Positions 17,251 to 25,675 of a stretch of DNA of 32,158 nucleotides are shown in pieces (position 1 is the first letter of the stretch; each line of letters starts with the position of its first letter). The stretch comes from Acidimicrobiales bacterium (GTDB lineage Bacteria > Actinomycetota > Acidimicrobiia > Acidimicrobiales > RAAP-2). The position numbers and the translations under genes were made by a program. The stretch spans positions 1-32,158 of the forward strand of contig JADGOD010000008.1 in assembly GCA_017883125.1 (NCBI GenBank). The letters are read 5' to 3'. The notes under the pieces are model-generated. The model was not told the origin of the DNA and did not search any database. It was given only the letters and a program-made list of their open reading frames with translations.

Positions 17251-19211
17251 AGCCCGATCGGCTCGGAATCGATCGCCTCGCCGGGCTCCGGAGCGGTGAT
17301 CGCCCCGAGGAAGGCCAGAGCCTCGTCACGGTCGATGCTCCGCTTCATGGGCGGGAGCGACCCGAGGAGGACCGAGCGGTAGTTGGCTCTGGCGAGACGG
17401 GGGTCGAGGACGGCGACCACGCCCCTGTCGGTCGTGGACCTGATGAGGCGGCCCACCCCCTGGGCGAGCATCGTTGCCGCCCGCGGAAGGTCGACGAGGG
17501 TGAACGCCTGGGATCCGGCCCGCCGGCGCCGAGCTTCGAGCAGCGGATCATCGGGCCGCCCGAAGGGGAGCCGGTCGATGGTGACGAGCGACAGGCTCCG
17601 ACCCGGGACGTCGAGGCCCTGCCACATCCCCATCGTGGCGAAGAGGCAGGCGTCCTCTTCGTCTCGGAACCTCTCGATGAGCGCGCGGTTGACCGCTGAT
17701 CCCTGGACCAGGATCGGATGGCTGACCCGGTCGGCCACCCGGTCCGCAGCGTCGCGCATCGCTCGACGCGAGGTGAAGAGCGCCAAGGTGCGGCCCCCTG
17801 CGGCGTCGATCAGGACGCCAAGCTCATCGGCGATCTTGAGCTCGGCATCCTCGGCTCTGCGGTCCCCGATGTCGACGGCGACGTAGAGAAGGCTCTGGGT
17901 GCGGAAGTCGAAGGGGGATCCGACGTCGAGCTGGCGGATCTCGGAGTCGTCGAAGCCCAGCCGTCGGCTCAGACCGGGCGGCACCGTGGCGCTCGTCATG
18001 ACCACGGTGGTCGAGTCGAAGAGCCCCGAGGTCAGCGCGGGGCCGACATCGATGGGCGACAGGGTCAGGGTACGAGTCGATCGGCCCCCGTCGAGCCACA
18101 GCACCTCGTTCTCGCCGGCGGTGCGGAGACGACCGACGTCTTCGAGCAGGCGGGTGGCCGAGCTCACGGCACGGGCTGCCTGGGGATCGCCCGCCTCCTG
18201 GGAGGAGCGAAGGCCGCTGAGCACCCGACGGAGGGCTTCGTCGGTCTGGCTGAGGGCCGCAGCCAGCTCCTCGTGCTCGTCCAGCGAGATCTCGACGGCG
18301 TCGGCGAGCTCGCCGAGCGCGAGGTTGATCGCCTCGGCCGCATCTGCCAGGACGGTGACGCCGGCCGCCTGATCTCCGGCCAGGAGCGGTCGAGCCAAGG
18401 TCACCAGCGAGCGAAGACGACCGGCGGTCACCTCAACGCCGAGGGACTGGGTCATGATCTGCTCGAGCTCGTGGACCTCGTCGATGATCACGGCGTTGTG
18501 CTCGGGGAGGACCTGTCCGCCTGAGGCCAGGTGCGCGCCGAGGAGGTGAAGGTTCACCACGATGATGTCGGCCGCGGCTGCGGCCGCACGGGCCTGTTCG
18601 GTGAAGCAGCGGGTGCCCTGGGGGCAGTTGAACGCCCCAGGGCACTCTCGGGGTCCGGTCGAGACCATCGACCAGGCCCGGTCGGAGACGTCGTCGCTCA
18701 GCTCGGCCCGGTCGCCGCTGACCGATTGGCGCTCCCACGCCAAGAGCCGCTCGACGTGAGCGACCAGGCGGCGATCGTCTCGAGGGCCGTCGTCGTCCTC
18801 GTCGACCAGGGCTGCCTGGAAGCCGCGCTCGGCGAGCTCGGCGACGCGCTGTCGGCAGATGTAGTTGGAGCGACCCTTGAGCACGGCGACGCTCACCTCA
18901 CCGAGTGCGGCGACGAGGAGAGGGAGGTCTCGCTGGGCGAGCTGCTCCTGGAGTGCCTTGGTGGCGGTGGCCACCACGACGGGGCGGCCGAGCAGGGCGG
19001 CCGGGACGAGATAGGCCAGGGACTTGCCCGTGCCGGTCCCTGCCTGGACGATCAGGTGCTTGGAGTCGGCGAAGGCCTCTTCGACCGCCTCGGCCATCTC
19101 CACCTGGCCCGGGCGCTCTTCGCCGCCTCCGGGAAGGGTCTCGGTGACCCTGTGCAGCGCGACCGCCACCGGTTGGGGGCGTGTGCCGAGGTTTCGAGGC
19201 GTGAGACTCAC
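17247..19211 (-). CDS. dinG: ATP-dependent DNA helicase, DinG/XPD (Rad3) family
   Basis: Motif I VQAGTGTGKSLAY, DEAH-type box IIDEVHEL, and a four-Cys Fe-S cluster region (NYIC ... ECPGAFNCPQGTRC). Start placed at GTG 19211 (TACGGT-N7 upstream). The rest of the 913-aa track ORF is antisense to uppS. Confidence 0.8.
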   Translation of the reverse strand: MSLTPRNLGTRPQPVAVALHRVTETLPGGGEERPGQVEMAEAVEEAFADSKHLIVQAGTGTGKSLAYLVPAALLGRPVVVATATKALQEQLAQRDLPLLVAALGEVSVAVLKGRSNYICRQRVAELAERGFQAALVDEDDDGPRDDRRLVAHVERLLAWERQSVSGDRAELSDDVSDRAWSMVSTGPRECPGAFNCPQGTRCFTEQARAAAAAADIIVVNLHLLGAHLASGGQVLPEHNAVIIDEVHELEQIMTQSLGVEVTAGRLRSLVTLARPLLAGDQAAGVTVLADAAEAINLALGELADAVEISLDEHEELAAALSQTDEALRRVLSGLRSSQEAGDPQAARAVSSATRLLEDVGRLRTAGENEVLWLDGGRSTRTLTLSPIDVGPALTSGLFDSTTVVMTSATVPPGLSRRLGFDDSEIRQLDVGSPFDFRTQSLLYVAVDIGDRRAEDAELKIADELGVLIDAAGGRTLALFTSRRAMRDAADRVADRVSHPILVQGSAVNRALIERFRDEEDACLFATMGMWQGLDVPGRSLSLVTIDRLPFGRPDDPLLEARRRRAGSQAFTLVDLPRAATMLAQGVGRLIRSTTDRGVVAVLDPRLARANYRSVLLGSLPPMKRSIDRDEALAFLGAITAPEPGEAIDSEPIGL

Positions 19212-19248
19212 GCATGGCACCGTAGCGGGATGGATCGACCACGGGCCG

Positions 19249-19266
19249 ACGCCGATCGATCGGCGT
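19249..19266. promoter_or_regulatory. perfect 18-bp palindrome in the dinG/uppS divergent spacer (candidate operator)
   Basis: ACGCCGATC|GATCGGCGT is a perfect inverted repeat. It ends 2 nt upstream of the uppS -10-like TAGGTT (19269..19274), which places it over the -35 region. Confidence 0.4.
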
Positions 19267-19280
19267 TGTAGGTTCGAGCC

Positions 19281-20051
19281 GTGGCTATCTCTCGTTCCAG
19301 ACGCAATCCGGGCGATCGACCGGTCGACCCCTCGTTCCCCGCTGAGATCGATTGGGACCACATCCCGAAGCACGTGGCGTGCGTGATGGATGGCAACGGA
19401 CGATGGGCGAGCCGTCGAGGGCTGCCGAGGACCGAAGGCCACGCAGCGGGCGAAGAGGCACTGGTCGATGCCATCGACGGAGCCCTCGCTCTCGGGATCG
19501 GCTGGATCACGATGTACGCCTTCTCCACGGAGAACTGGCGGCGCCCGGTCGACGAGGTGCGCTACCTGATGCGATTCAACGAGTCGCTCCTCATGAGGCG
19601 CCGCGACGAGCTCAACGAGAAGGGGGTGCGGATCCGCTTCGCTGGCCGTCGAGACTGGCGGGTCCCGCGCCGGGTCTTGCGTCGGATGGACGAGGCGGCC
19701 GAGCTGACCAAGGACAACCGGACCCTCACCTTGACGATGGCCTTCAACTACGGAGGTCGGGCCGAGATCGTCGACGCCGTCAAGGCACTGGTGGCCGAGG
19801 GGGTCTCCGCCGACAAGGTCGACGAGAAGGCCATCCGACGCCATCTCTACCACCCTGACATGCCCGACCCCGACCTCGTGGTGCGCACCTCGGGAGAGCA
19901 CCGGATCTCGAACTACCTGCTCTGGGAGATCGCCTACTCCGAGCTCGTCTTCCCCGAGGTCCTGTGGCCCGACTTCCGTCGGGAGCACCTCTATGAGGCG
20001 GTCCTGGAGTTCCAGCGGCGTGAGCGCCGCTACGGGGGCCTCGAGACATGA
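19281..20051 (+). CDS. uppS: isoprenyl transferase (undecaprenyl/decaprenyl diphosphate synthase)
   Basis: Motifs VMDGNGRWA, YAFSTENWRRP and RTSGEHRISNYLLWE. GTG start preceded by TAGGTT-N6. Confidence 0.93.
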   Translation: MAISRSRRNPGDRPVDPSFPAEIDWDHIPKHVACVMDGNGRWASRRGLPRTEGHAAGEEALVDAIDGALALGIGWITMYAFSTENWRRPVDEVRYLMRFNESLLMRRRDELNEKGVRIRFAGRRDWRVPRRVLRRMDEAAELTKDNRTLTLTMAFNYGGRAEIVDAVKALVAEGVSADKVDEKAIRRHLYHPDMPDPDLVVRTSGEHRISNYLLWEIAYSELVFPEVLWPDFRREHLYEAVLEFQRRERRYGGLET

Positions 20052-20275
20052 CCTACACCCGGCTCGGCATCGTGCTCGGAGCCGTGGCGCTGATCGCAGT
20101 CGGTCTCGTCGCCGCTCTCACCGACTCGCCACTACGCGCCCCGCTCATCGCTCTGGCCGCCCTGGTGGTCCTGGTAGCCGGAGGGAACTACCTCAACGAC
20201 TACCTGGGGATCAAGCGCAAGCCCCAGGAGTTCAACCGGCCCGATCGACACCCCGACGAAGACGACACTCCGTGA
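20048..20275 (+). CDS. small hypothetical membrane protein (two predicted TM helices, acidic/basic tail)
   Basis: 75 codons. Two hydrophobic spans (LGIVLGAVALIAVGLVAALT and LIALAALVVLVAGGNYL). The ATG overlaps the uppS stop (ATGA) and its stop overlaps the recO GTG (GTGA). Codon position 3 is GC-rich. Confidence 0.6.
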   Translation: MTYTRLGIVLGAVALIAVGLVAALTDSPLRAPLIALAALVVLVAGGNYLNDYLGIKRKPQEFNRPDRHPDEDDTP

Positions 20276-21000
20276 GCCTCATCCGAGATGACGGGGTGAT
20301 CCTTCGCACCTACCGTCTCGGTGAGGCGGATCGGATCGTGGTCGCCCTCACCAAGGAGCACGGCAAGGTCCGCGCCGTGGCCAAAGGCGTCCGCAAGACC
20401 GGCTCGAAGTTCGGCTCGAGGCTCGAGCCCCTCACCCACGTCGCGCTGCTCCTCTGGCGCGGCCGTGGCGATCTCGACACGGTGAACCAGGTCGAGGTCA
20501 TCGAGCAGCACTGGAAGATCCGCGAGGACCTCGACCGGATGACTGCCGGGATGGCCATGCTCGAGGTCGTCGATCAGGTCTCCCAGGAGGGCCACCCTGA
20601 CCCCGCGATCCTCGAGACGCTGGTCCGAGCCCTCCGGGTCCTCGACGACGCGACGCGGAACCCGACGTTGGTGGCACCTTCGTTCTTCCTGCGCGCCCTC
20701 GAGCTCGAGGGGACGATGCCCGTCCTCGACGTCTGCGCCTCGTGCGGCGCAGACGGGGTCGAGCTGGTGGCCTTCGACCTCAGCCAGGGCGGGACGCTCT
20801 GCCGCTCGTGTCGTCGCGGCCGGCCGCTCTCCGCCGATGCGCTTGTCCTGCTGCGCCGGATCCTCAGGGGAGACCTCGGCGCGGTTCTCGCCGGCGAGCC
20901 TCCGGCTGGATCGGACGAGGTCTCGATCCTGGCCACCGAAGCCATCGAGATCCACCTTGACCGGCGCCTGCGCTCCGTGCGATCCGTCGCCGGCATCTGA
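20272..21000 (+). CDS. recO: DNA repair protein RecO
   Basis: N-terminal OB fold DDGVILRTYRLGEADRIVVALTKEHGKVRAVAKGVRK and zinc finger CASCG...CRSC. GTG 20272; the track ORF from 19993 is an upstream extension over uppS. Confidence 0.88.
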   Translation: MSLIRDDGVILRTYRLGEADRIVVALTKEHGKVRAVAKGVRKTGSKFGSRLEPLTHVALLLWRGRGDLDTVNQVEVIEQHWKIREDLDRMTAGMAMLEVVDQVSQEGHPDPAILETLVRALRVLDDATRNPTLVAPSFFLRALELEGTMPVLDVCASCGADGVELVAFDLSQGGTLCRSCRRGRPLSADALVLLRRILRGDLGAVLAGEPPAGSDEVSILATEAIEIHLDRRLRSVRSVAGI

Positions 21001-21017
21001 TCCAGAGGCTCCGTTCG

Positions 21018-21188
21018 ATGGCTCCTCCCGTGCTCTGGGTCCGGCGAGAACTCCGGCTCGGGGACCACCTCGCCTTCCACGAGGCAGCTCGACGCGGGGG
21101 ACCTGATGGGGCCGTCCCGCTGTTCATCGTCGACGAGGCGCTGCGGAGGTACGCCGAGTCCCGCGATGGATGTCGGGCCGGTTCGTGA
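21018..21188 (+). pseudogene. 56-codon ORF resembling the N-terminus of a DNA photolyase/cryptochrome (truncated remnant)
   Basis: My own translation gives [56 protein letters not shown]. The VLWVRRELRLGDH...A....VPLFIVDE pattern matches the start of the photolyase alpha/beta domain (xxWFRRDLRLxDNxAL...vvPvFixD). It is below the 60-aa track cut-off. GAGG lies 9 nt upstream, and its stop overlaps a hemW GTG (GTGA). Confidence 0.5.
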
Positions 21189-22294
21189 CGGGCGAGCCCT
21201 TCGGCGTCTACGTGCACATACCGTTCTGTGCGCAGCGCTGCGACTACTGCGCGTTCGTGACCTACGTGGGCGTCGATGACCTGCACGCCCGGTACGTCGA
21301 CTCGCTCCGCTCGGAGTACGAGCGCTCGCAGGGCGAGGGCCGGGTGCGGCCGGCGACGTCTGTCTTCTTCGGAGGGGGGACCCCCTCGCGGCTGGATCCG
21401 GATCTGCTGGGATCGGTCCTCGGCGAGATAGACCGCGCCGAGGGCTGCGAGGTCACCGTCGAGGTGAACCCCGAAGACGCCGACGCCGACACGCTTGGCC
21501 GCCTGGTCGCCCACGGCGTCAACCGGTTCAGCATCGGCATCCAATCGACGGCTCCCCATGTGCTCTCTGGGATCGGGCGAACCCATCGCGGCGAGAGCGT
21601 CGCCGCCATCGCCGAGGCCGTGGCGTCGAGCGGAGTATCGACCTGGTCGATGGACCTGATCGTCGGATCGAACGAAGAGCGTGACGAAGACCTCATCGCT
21701 ACCGTCAACGACCTCCTGGGGCACCAAGGTGCTCCACCACACCTGAGCGCCTACCTCCTGACCGTCGAGAAGGGGACGCCGTTGAGCCGGGACCCGGCGC
21801 GCCATCCCGACGACGACGTCCTTGCGCACCGCTACGAGCTGCTCGATGAGCTCCTCGTGGGCTACGGCTACTCGTGGTACGAGGTGTCGAACTTCTCGCT
21901 TCCCGAACATGAGTGCCGCCACAACCAGCTGTACTGGCGCCAGGGCGAGTACCTCGGTCTGGGCACCGCCGCGCACAGCCATCAGGCAGCTCGCCGGTGG
22001 TGGAACATCGCCAACCTTGAGACCTACATCGAGCGCGTCGAGGAGGGGAGCGACCCGACGGCGGGCGAAGAGGTCCTCGACGAGGCGTCGCGGGCCTTCG
22101 AGGGCCTGGCGCTGGCGTTGCGCACGAGCCAGGGCGTCCCTCTCGGGTCGTTCCGTGATCTCGACGAGCTCGATGGGTTCGTGGTCCAGCATGGCGATCG
22201 CCTCGTCCTGACCCGCCGGGGACGGTTGGTCGCCGACGAGATGATCCGCCGTCTGAGCGTCGAGGAGGGGTCGTTCTCCAGAGACCCCGAGTAA
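21170..22294 (+). CDS. hemW: radical SAM heme chaperone HemW (HemN-like, oxygen-independent coproporphyrinogen III oxidase family)
   Basis: [17 protein letters not shown] (CxxxCxxC radical-SAM cluster) plus the GGGTPS block and a HemN_C-like C-terminus. The start is ATG 21170 or GTG 21185. Confidence 0.88.
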   Translation: MSGRFVTGEPFGVYVHIPFCAQRCDYCAFVTYVGVDDLHARYVDSLRSEYERSQGEGRVRPATSVFFGGGTPSRLDPDLLGSVLGEIDRAEGCEVTVEVNPEDADADTLGRLVAHGVNRFSIGIQSTAPHVLSGIGRTHRGESVAAIAEAVASSGVSTWSMDLIVGSNEERDEDLIATVNDLLGHQGAPPHLSAYLLTVEKGTPLSRDPARHPDDDVLAHRYELLDELLVGYGYSWYEVSNFSLPEHECRHNQLYWRQGEYLGLGTAAHSHQAARRWWNIANLETYIERVEEGSDPTAGEEVLDEASRAFEGLALALRTSQGVPLGSFRDLDELDGFVVQHGDRLVLTRRGRLVADEMIRRLSVEEGSFSRDPE

Positions 22295-22314
22295 CGGGGG
22301 TAGGTTTTGAGGCC

Positions 22315-23643
22315 ATGAGTGAACCCCTCGACGTCACCCCCGATCCCGCACTGACCGAGAAGGTCGTCAACCTGGCCAAGCGCCGGGGATTCGTCTTCCC
22401 CTCGGCGGAGATCTACGGAGGATTCCGTTCCACCTATGACTACGGACCTCTCGGGGTCCTGCTGCTTCGCAACGTGAAGAACCAGTGGTGGCGCTCGATG
22501 GTCCAGATGCGTGACGACGTCGTCGGACTGGACGCGGCGATCCTCTCTCCTCCGGCGATCTGGGCGGCATCGGGTCACCTGACGACGTTCTCGGACCCCA
22601 TGGTGGACTGCCGCAAGTGCAAGGAGCGGTGGCGGGCCGATCAGATCGGCGAGACGTGCCCGAACTGCGGCTCGAAGGACCTGACCGACGCCCGCGACTT
22701 CCAGCTGATGTTCAAGACCAACGCCGGGCCCGTCGAGGACGAGGGCTCCGTGGCCTACCTGCGCCCCGAGACGGCCCAGGGGATGTTCACCAACTTCATG
22801 AACGTCCTGACGACCACCAGGAAGCGACCCCCCTTCGGGATCGCCCAGGTGGGCAAGTCCTTCCGCAACGAGATCACCCCGCAGAACTTCGTCTTCCGGA
22901 CCCGTGAGTTCGAGCAGATGGAGATGGAGTACTTCGTCCCGCCCGATGAGGCCTCCACGTGGTTCGACTACTGGGTGGCGGAGCGGTTCAGCTGGTACAC
23001 GGATCTCGGGATCCCTGACTCGATGCTGCGCCTCCGGCCCCACGACCCCGATGAGCTGAGCCACTACTCCGCGGGGACCACCGACATCGAGTTCCTCTTC
23101 CCCTGGGGATGGGGAGAGCTCGAAGGGGTGGCGAACAGGACGGACTACGACCTCAAGGCGCACTCGGCGGCGTCGGGGGAGAGGCTCGAGTACTTCGACC
23201 AGGCAGCCAACGAGCGCTACACGCCGTACGTGATCGAGCCGGCGGCCGGTGCCACGCGAGCGATGATGGCGTTCCTCCTCGCCGCCTACGACGAGGACGA
23301 GATCGCCGGCGAGACCCGCACCGTGCTCCGGCTCGACTGGAGGCTCGCGCCGACGCAGGTCGCAGTCCTGCCGCTGTCGAAGAAGGCGGAGCTCGAGCCG
23401 GTGGCTCGAGAGGTCCTGGGCCTGCTCCAGCCGCATTTCCAGTGCGACTACGACGTCACCCAGTCGATCGGGCGTCGCTACCGTCGCCAGGACGAGGTCG
23501 GGACCCCATGGTGCGTGACGGTCGACTTCGACACGCTCGAAGACCGGGCCGTCACGGTGCGAGACCGGGACTCCACCGAGCAGGTGCGGATCCCGATCGA
23601 TCAGCTGCTCGCCACCCTGGTCGGTCGAACCTCCGCTCACTGA
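22315..23643 (+). CDS. glyQS: glycine--tRNA ligase (alpha2 dimeric type)
   Basis: [18 protein letters not shown]-terminus, class II motifs (FRNEITP..., GTTDIEF) and a CxxC...CxxC insertion. TAGGTT-N8-ATG. There is only 20 nt of spacer to hemW. Confidence 0.95.
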   Translation: MSEPLDVTPDPALTEKVVNLAKRRGFVFPSAEIYGGFRSTYDYGPLGVLLLRNVKNQWWRSMVQMRDDVVGLDAAILSPPAIWAASGHLTTFSDPMVDCRKCKERWRADQIGETCPNCGSKDLTDARDFQLMFKTNAGPVEDEGSVAYLRPETAQGMFTNFMNVLTTTRKRPPFGIAQVGKSFRNEITPQNFVFRTREFEQMEMEYFVPPDEASTWFDYWVAERFSWYTDLGIPDSMLRLRPHDPDELSHYSAGTTDIEFLFPWGWGELEGVANRTDYDLKAHSAASGERLEYFDQAANERYTPYVIEPAAGATRAMMAFLLAAYDEDEIAGETRTVLRLDWRLAPTQVAVLPLSKKAELEPVAREVLGLLQPHFQCDYDVTQSIGRRYRRQDEVGTPWCVTVDFDTLEDRAVTVRDRDSTEQVRIPIDQLLATLVGRTSAH

Positions 23644-23662
23644 GCTCCGACGTGCTGGCGTC

Positions 23663-24466
23663 CTAGGCGAGTCGTCGGTACCGCCGAACGGCAATCGGCG
23701 CGAGGACGACGAGCAGTCCGACGCTCCAGGCCACGGACTTGAGGACCGCTCCGTAGGAGTAGTAGTTGCCGCCGATCATCAGCGATCGAGCGGCGTTGAC
23801 GGCGACGGAGACCGGCTGGTTGGCGGCGAAGCCCTGCAGCCATCCCGGCATCGAGGCGACAGGGACAAACGCTGTCGACGCGAACGTCAGGGGGAAGAGG
23901 ATCGGGAACGACATGAGCTGGGCGGTCTCGGCGTTGGCGGCGGTCAGGCCGATATAGGCGAAGCCCCACATCAGCGAGTACGAGAAGAGCAGGATGACGA
24001 GGCACGCAACGAGGTACTGCGCCACGTTCGATGTCGGCCGAAAGCCGACCAGGATGCCCACCACAGACATCAAGGCGATCACGAAGACGTTCCGGATCAC
24101 GTCGGCGGTGGTGCGGCCCCCGAGGACCGCGGAGCGTGCCATTGGCAGCGCTCGGAACCGCTCAAGGAGCCCGCTCTGGAGGTCCTCGGCCAGACCGATG
24201 GCCGTCGAGACCGCACCGAAGCAGACGGTCTGGACGAAGATCCCGGGCATCAGGTAGTTGACGTAGGTGGTCCCAGTGATCGGGATCGCCCCGCCGAAGA
24301 CGTAGCGGAACAGCAGGACGAACATGATCGGCTGAAGGGTCGAGAAGAACAGCGCCTCAGGGACCCTGAGCGTCCGAAGCAGGTTTCGCCAGGTCAGGGA
24401 CCTGGTGTCGGAGAGCGCCCAGCGCAGACGGCCGGTCGCCGATGGGGTGAGTGCGAGATCGGTCAT
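23663..24466 (-). CDS. ABC-2 type transporter permease (DrrB-like)
   Basis: About 267 aa with six hydrophobic spans, typical of ABC-2 exporter permeases. The ATG overlaps the stop of the upstream ATPase gene (ATGA). Confidence 0.78.
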   Translation of the reverse strand: MTDLALTPSATGRLRWALSDTRSLTWRNLLRTLRVPEALFFSTLQPIMFVLLFRYVFGGAIPITGTTYVNYLMPGIFVQTVCFGAVSTAIGLAEDLQSGLLERFRALPMARSAVLGGRTTADVIRNVFVIALMSVVGILVGFRPTSNVAQYLVACLVILLFSYSLMWGFAYIGLTAANAETAQLMSFPILFPLTFASTAFVPVASMPGWLQGFAANQPVSVAVNAARSLMIGGNYYSYGAVLKSVAWSVGLLVVLAPIAVRRYRRLA

Positions 24467-25476
24467 GAGGACTCCCTGGCCGAACGACGGCCCTTCGGCT
24501 TCTGGCCGTCAGCGACGGCTTCGGTGTCGACGTCAGTCCGTCGGCCGGTCAGCTCCAAGAAGACGTCGTCGAGGCTGGGCTCTCGGAGGGAGAGGCCAAC
24601 GAGGACCAGACCGGCGCCATCGATCCGCCGGATCGCCTCGGCGGCGATCTCGGGTCCCTGCTCGACGGTGAGCTCCACGGCGACGCCAACGACGTGAGCG
24701 GTCTTGGTCGTCAGGTCGTGGAGGAGGCCGGCCGCAGTATTGGCCGCCTCTTCGTCGGCCAAGGTGAGCTCGAGCACGGTTGCCCCCAAGTCCGCCTTGA
24801 GTCCGGCAGGCGACCCACTGGCGATCACGCGGCCATGGTCGATGACCACGATGTTCTGGGCGAGGCGGTCGGCCTCCTCGAGGTACTGCGTCGTGAGCAG
24901 CACGGTGGTGCCACCCTGGACGAGGGCTTCGATCACGTCCCACAGCCCGAGGCGGCTCTGGGGGTCGAGCCCGGTGGTCGGCTCGTCGAGGAACAGGACC
25001 GGCGGGCGGGCCACGAGGGCGGCCGCTAGGTCAAGGCGCCGCCGCATCCCGCCCGAGTAGGTCTTGACCGGTCGATCGGCAGCGGCAGAGAGCCCGAACT
25101 GGCTGAGCAGCTCCGCGGCCCGGGGAGCGACGGTGGACCTCTTCAGGTGACAGAGGTGGCCGACCATGGTGAGGTTCTCTGTGCCCGTGAGGTTCTCATC
25201 GACCGCTGCGTACTGGCCGGCAAGACCGATCAGCTGGCGAACGGTGCTGGCTTGCTTGACGACGTCGTAGCCCATGATGGACGCACTGCCCGAGTCGGGC
25301 CCGAGGATGGTGGCCAGGATCCGGACGGCGGTTGTCTTGCCCGCTCCATTGGGCCCCAGGAGTCCGACGACCTGACCGGCAGGTACCTCGAGGTCGAAGG
25401 CGTCGAGCGCCTTGATCGTTCCGTTCGAGAAGGACTTCGTCAGGCCGCGGGCCTCAACGGCAAAAGGAGAGGACAT
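24463..25476 (-). CDS. ABC transporter ATP-binding protein (DrrA/daunorubicin-resistance-like)
   Basis: Walker A GPNGAGKTT, ABC signature YSGGMRRRL, Walker B VLFLDEPTTGLD. Start set at ATG 25476 (MSSPFAVEARGLTKSF), which is preceded by TAATCT-N7. The 40-codon upstream extension in the track has no support. Confidence 0.9.
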   Translation of the reverse strand: MSSPFAVEARGLTKSFSNGTIKALDAFDLEVPAGQVVGLLGPNGAGKTTAVRILATILGPDSGSASIMGYDVVKQASTVRQLIGLAGQYAAVDENLTGTENLTMVGHLCHLKRSTVAPRAAELLSQFGLSAAADRPVKTYSGGMRRRLDLAAALVARPPVLFLDEPTTGLDPQSRLGLWDVIEALVQGGTTVLLTTQYLEEADRLAQNIVVIDHGRVIASGSPAGLKADLGATVLELTLADEEAANTAAGLLHDLTTKTAHVVGVAVELTVEQGPEIAAEAIRRIDGAGLVLVGLSLREPSLDDVFLELTGRRTDVDTEAVADGQKPKGRRSARESS

Positions 25477-25675
25477 CTCTTCGAGATTAGCGATGCCCTG
25501 GTCGGCCCATGACGGGGGGCCTAGGGGGATTGGTAGGGCGCCAACCGAAGCTGCGTGGGGGGCCGCGCGCCGAAGATCGTTCAGTTGGATCTGCACGGGG
25601 GTCGTTACTCAGGGTGGGAGTCGCGCCCGATTAGTCTTGTGGTGCCTCCCACTAACCAAACGAGAGAGATTCCTC

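Noticed and set aside
19249-19266. The palindrome upstream of the dinG-like helicase as a LexA SOS box.
   Set aside because: The sequence ACGCCGATCGATCGGCGT does not resemble the actinobacterial or Gram-positive LexA consensus (TCGAAC-N4-GTTCGA / GAAC-N4-GTTC). It is kept as an unknown-operator candidate only.
19212-19988. Upstream 259 codons of the 913-aa minus-strand ORF (17247..19988), which would make a giant helicase.
   Set aside because: That part is exactly antisense to uppS, whose plus-strand product has unmistakable motifs (DGNGRWA, FSTENWRRP). Its translation is low-complexity (R/G/P/V/H/D-rich) without helicase motifs. Helicase homology begins right after GTG 19211.
24463-25596. 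The 377-aa version of the ABC ATPase starting at 25596, and the 997-aa version of PPDK starting at 25412.
   Set aside because: The two extensions overlap each other on opposite strands in the intergenic region and add non-homologous sequence. Canonical N-termini with promoter or RBS signals are available at 25476 and 25676.
25514-25620. Canonical G-quadruplex in the ppdK upstream region.
   Set aside because: The G-runs are present, but the loops between usable tracts are 10-18 nt in the critical positions, so the G3+N1-7 rule is not met. Noted only as G-run richness.
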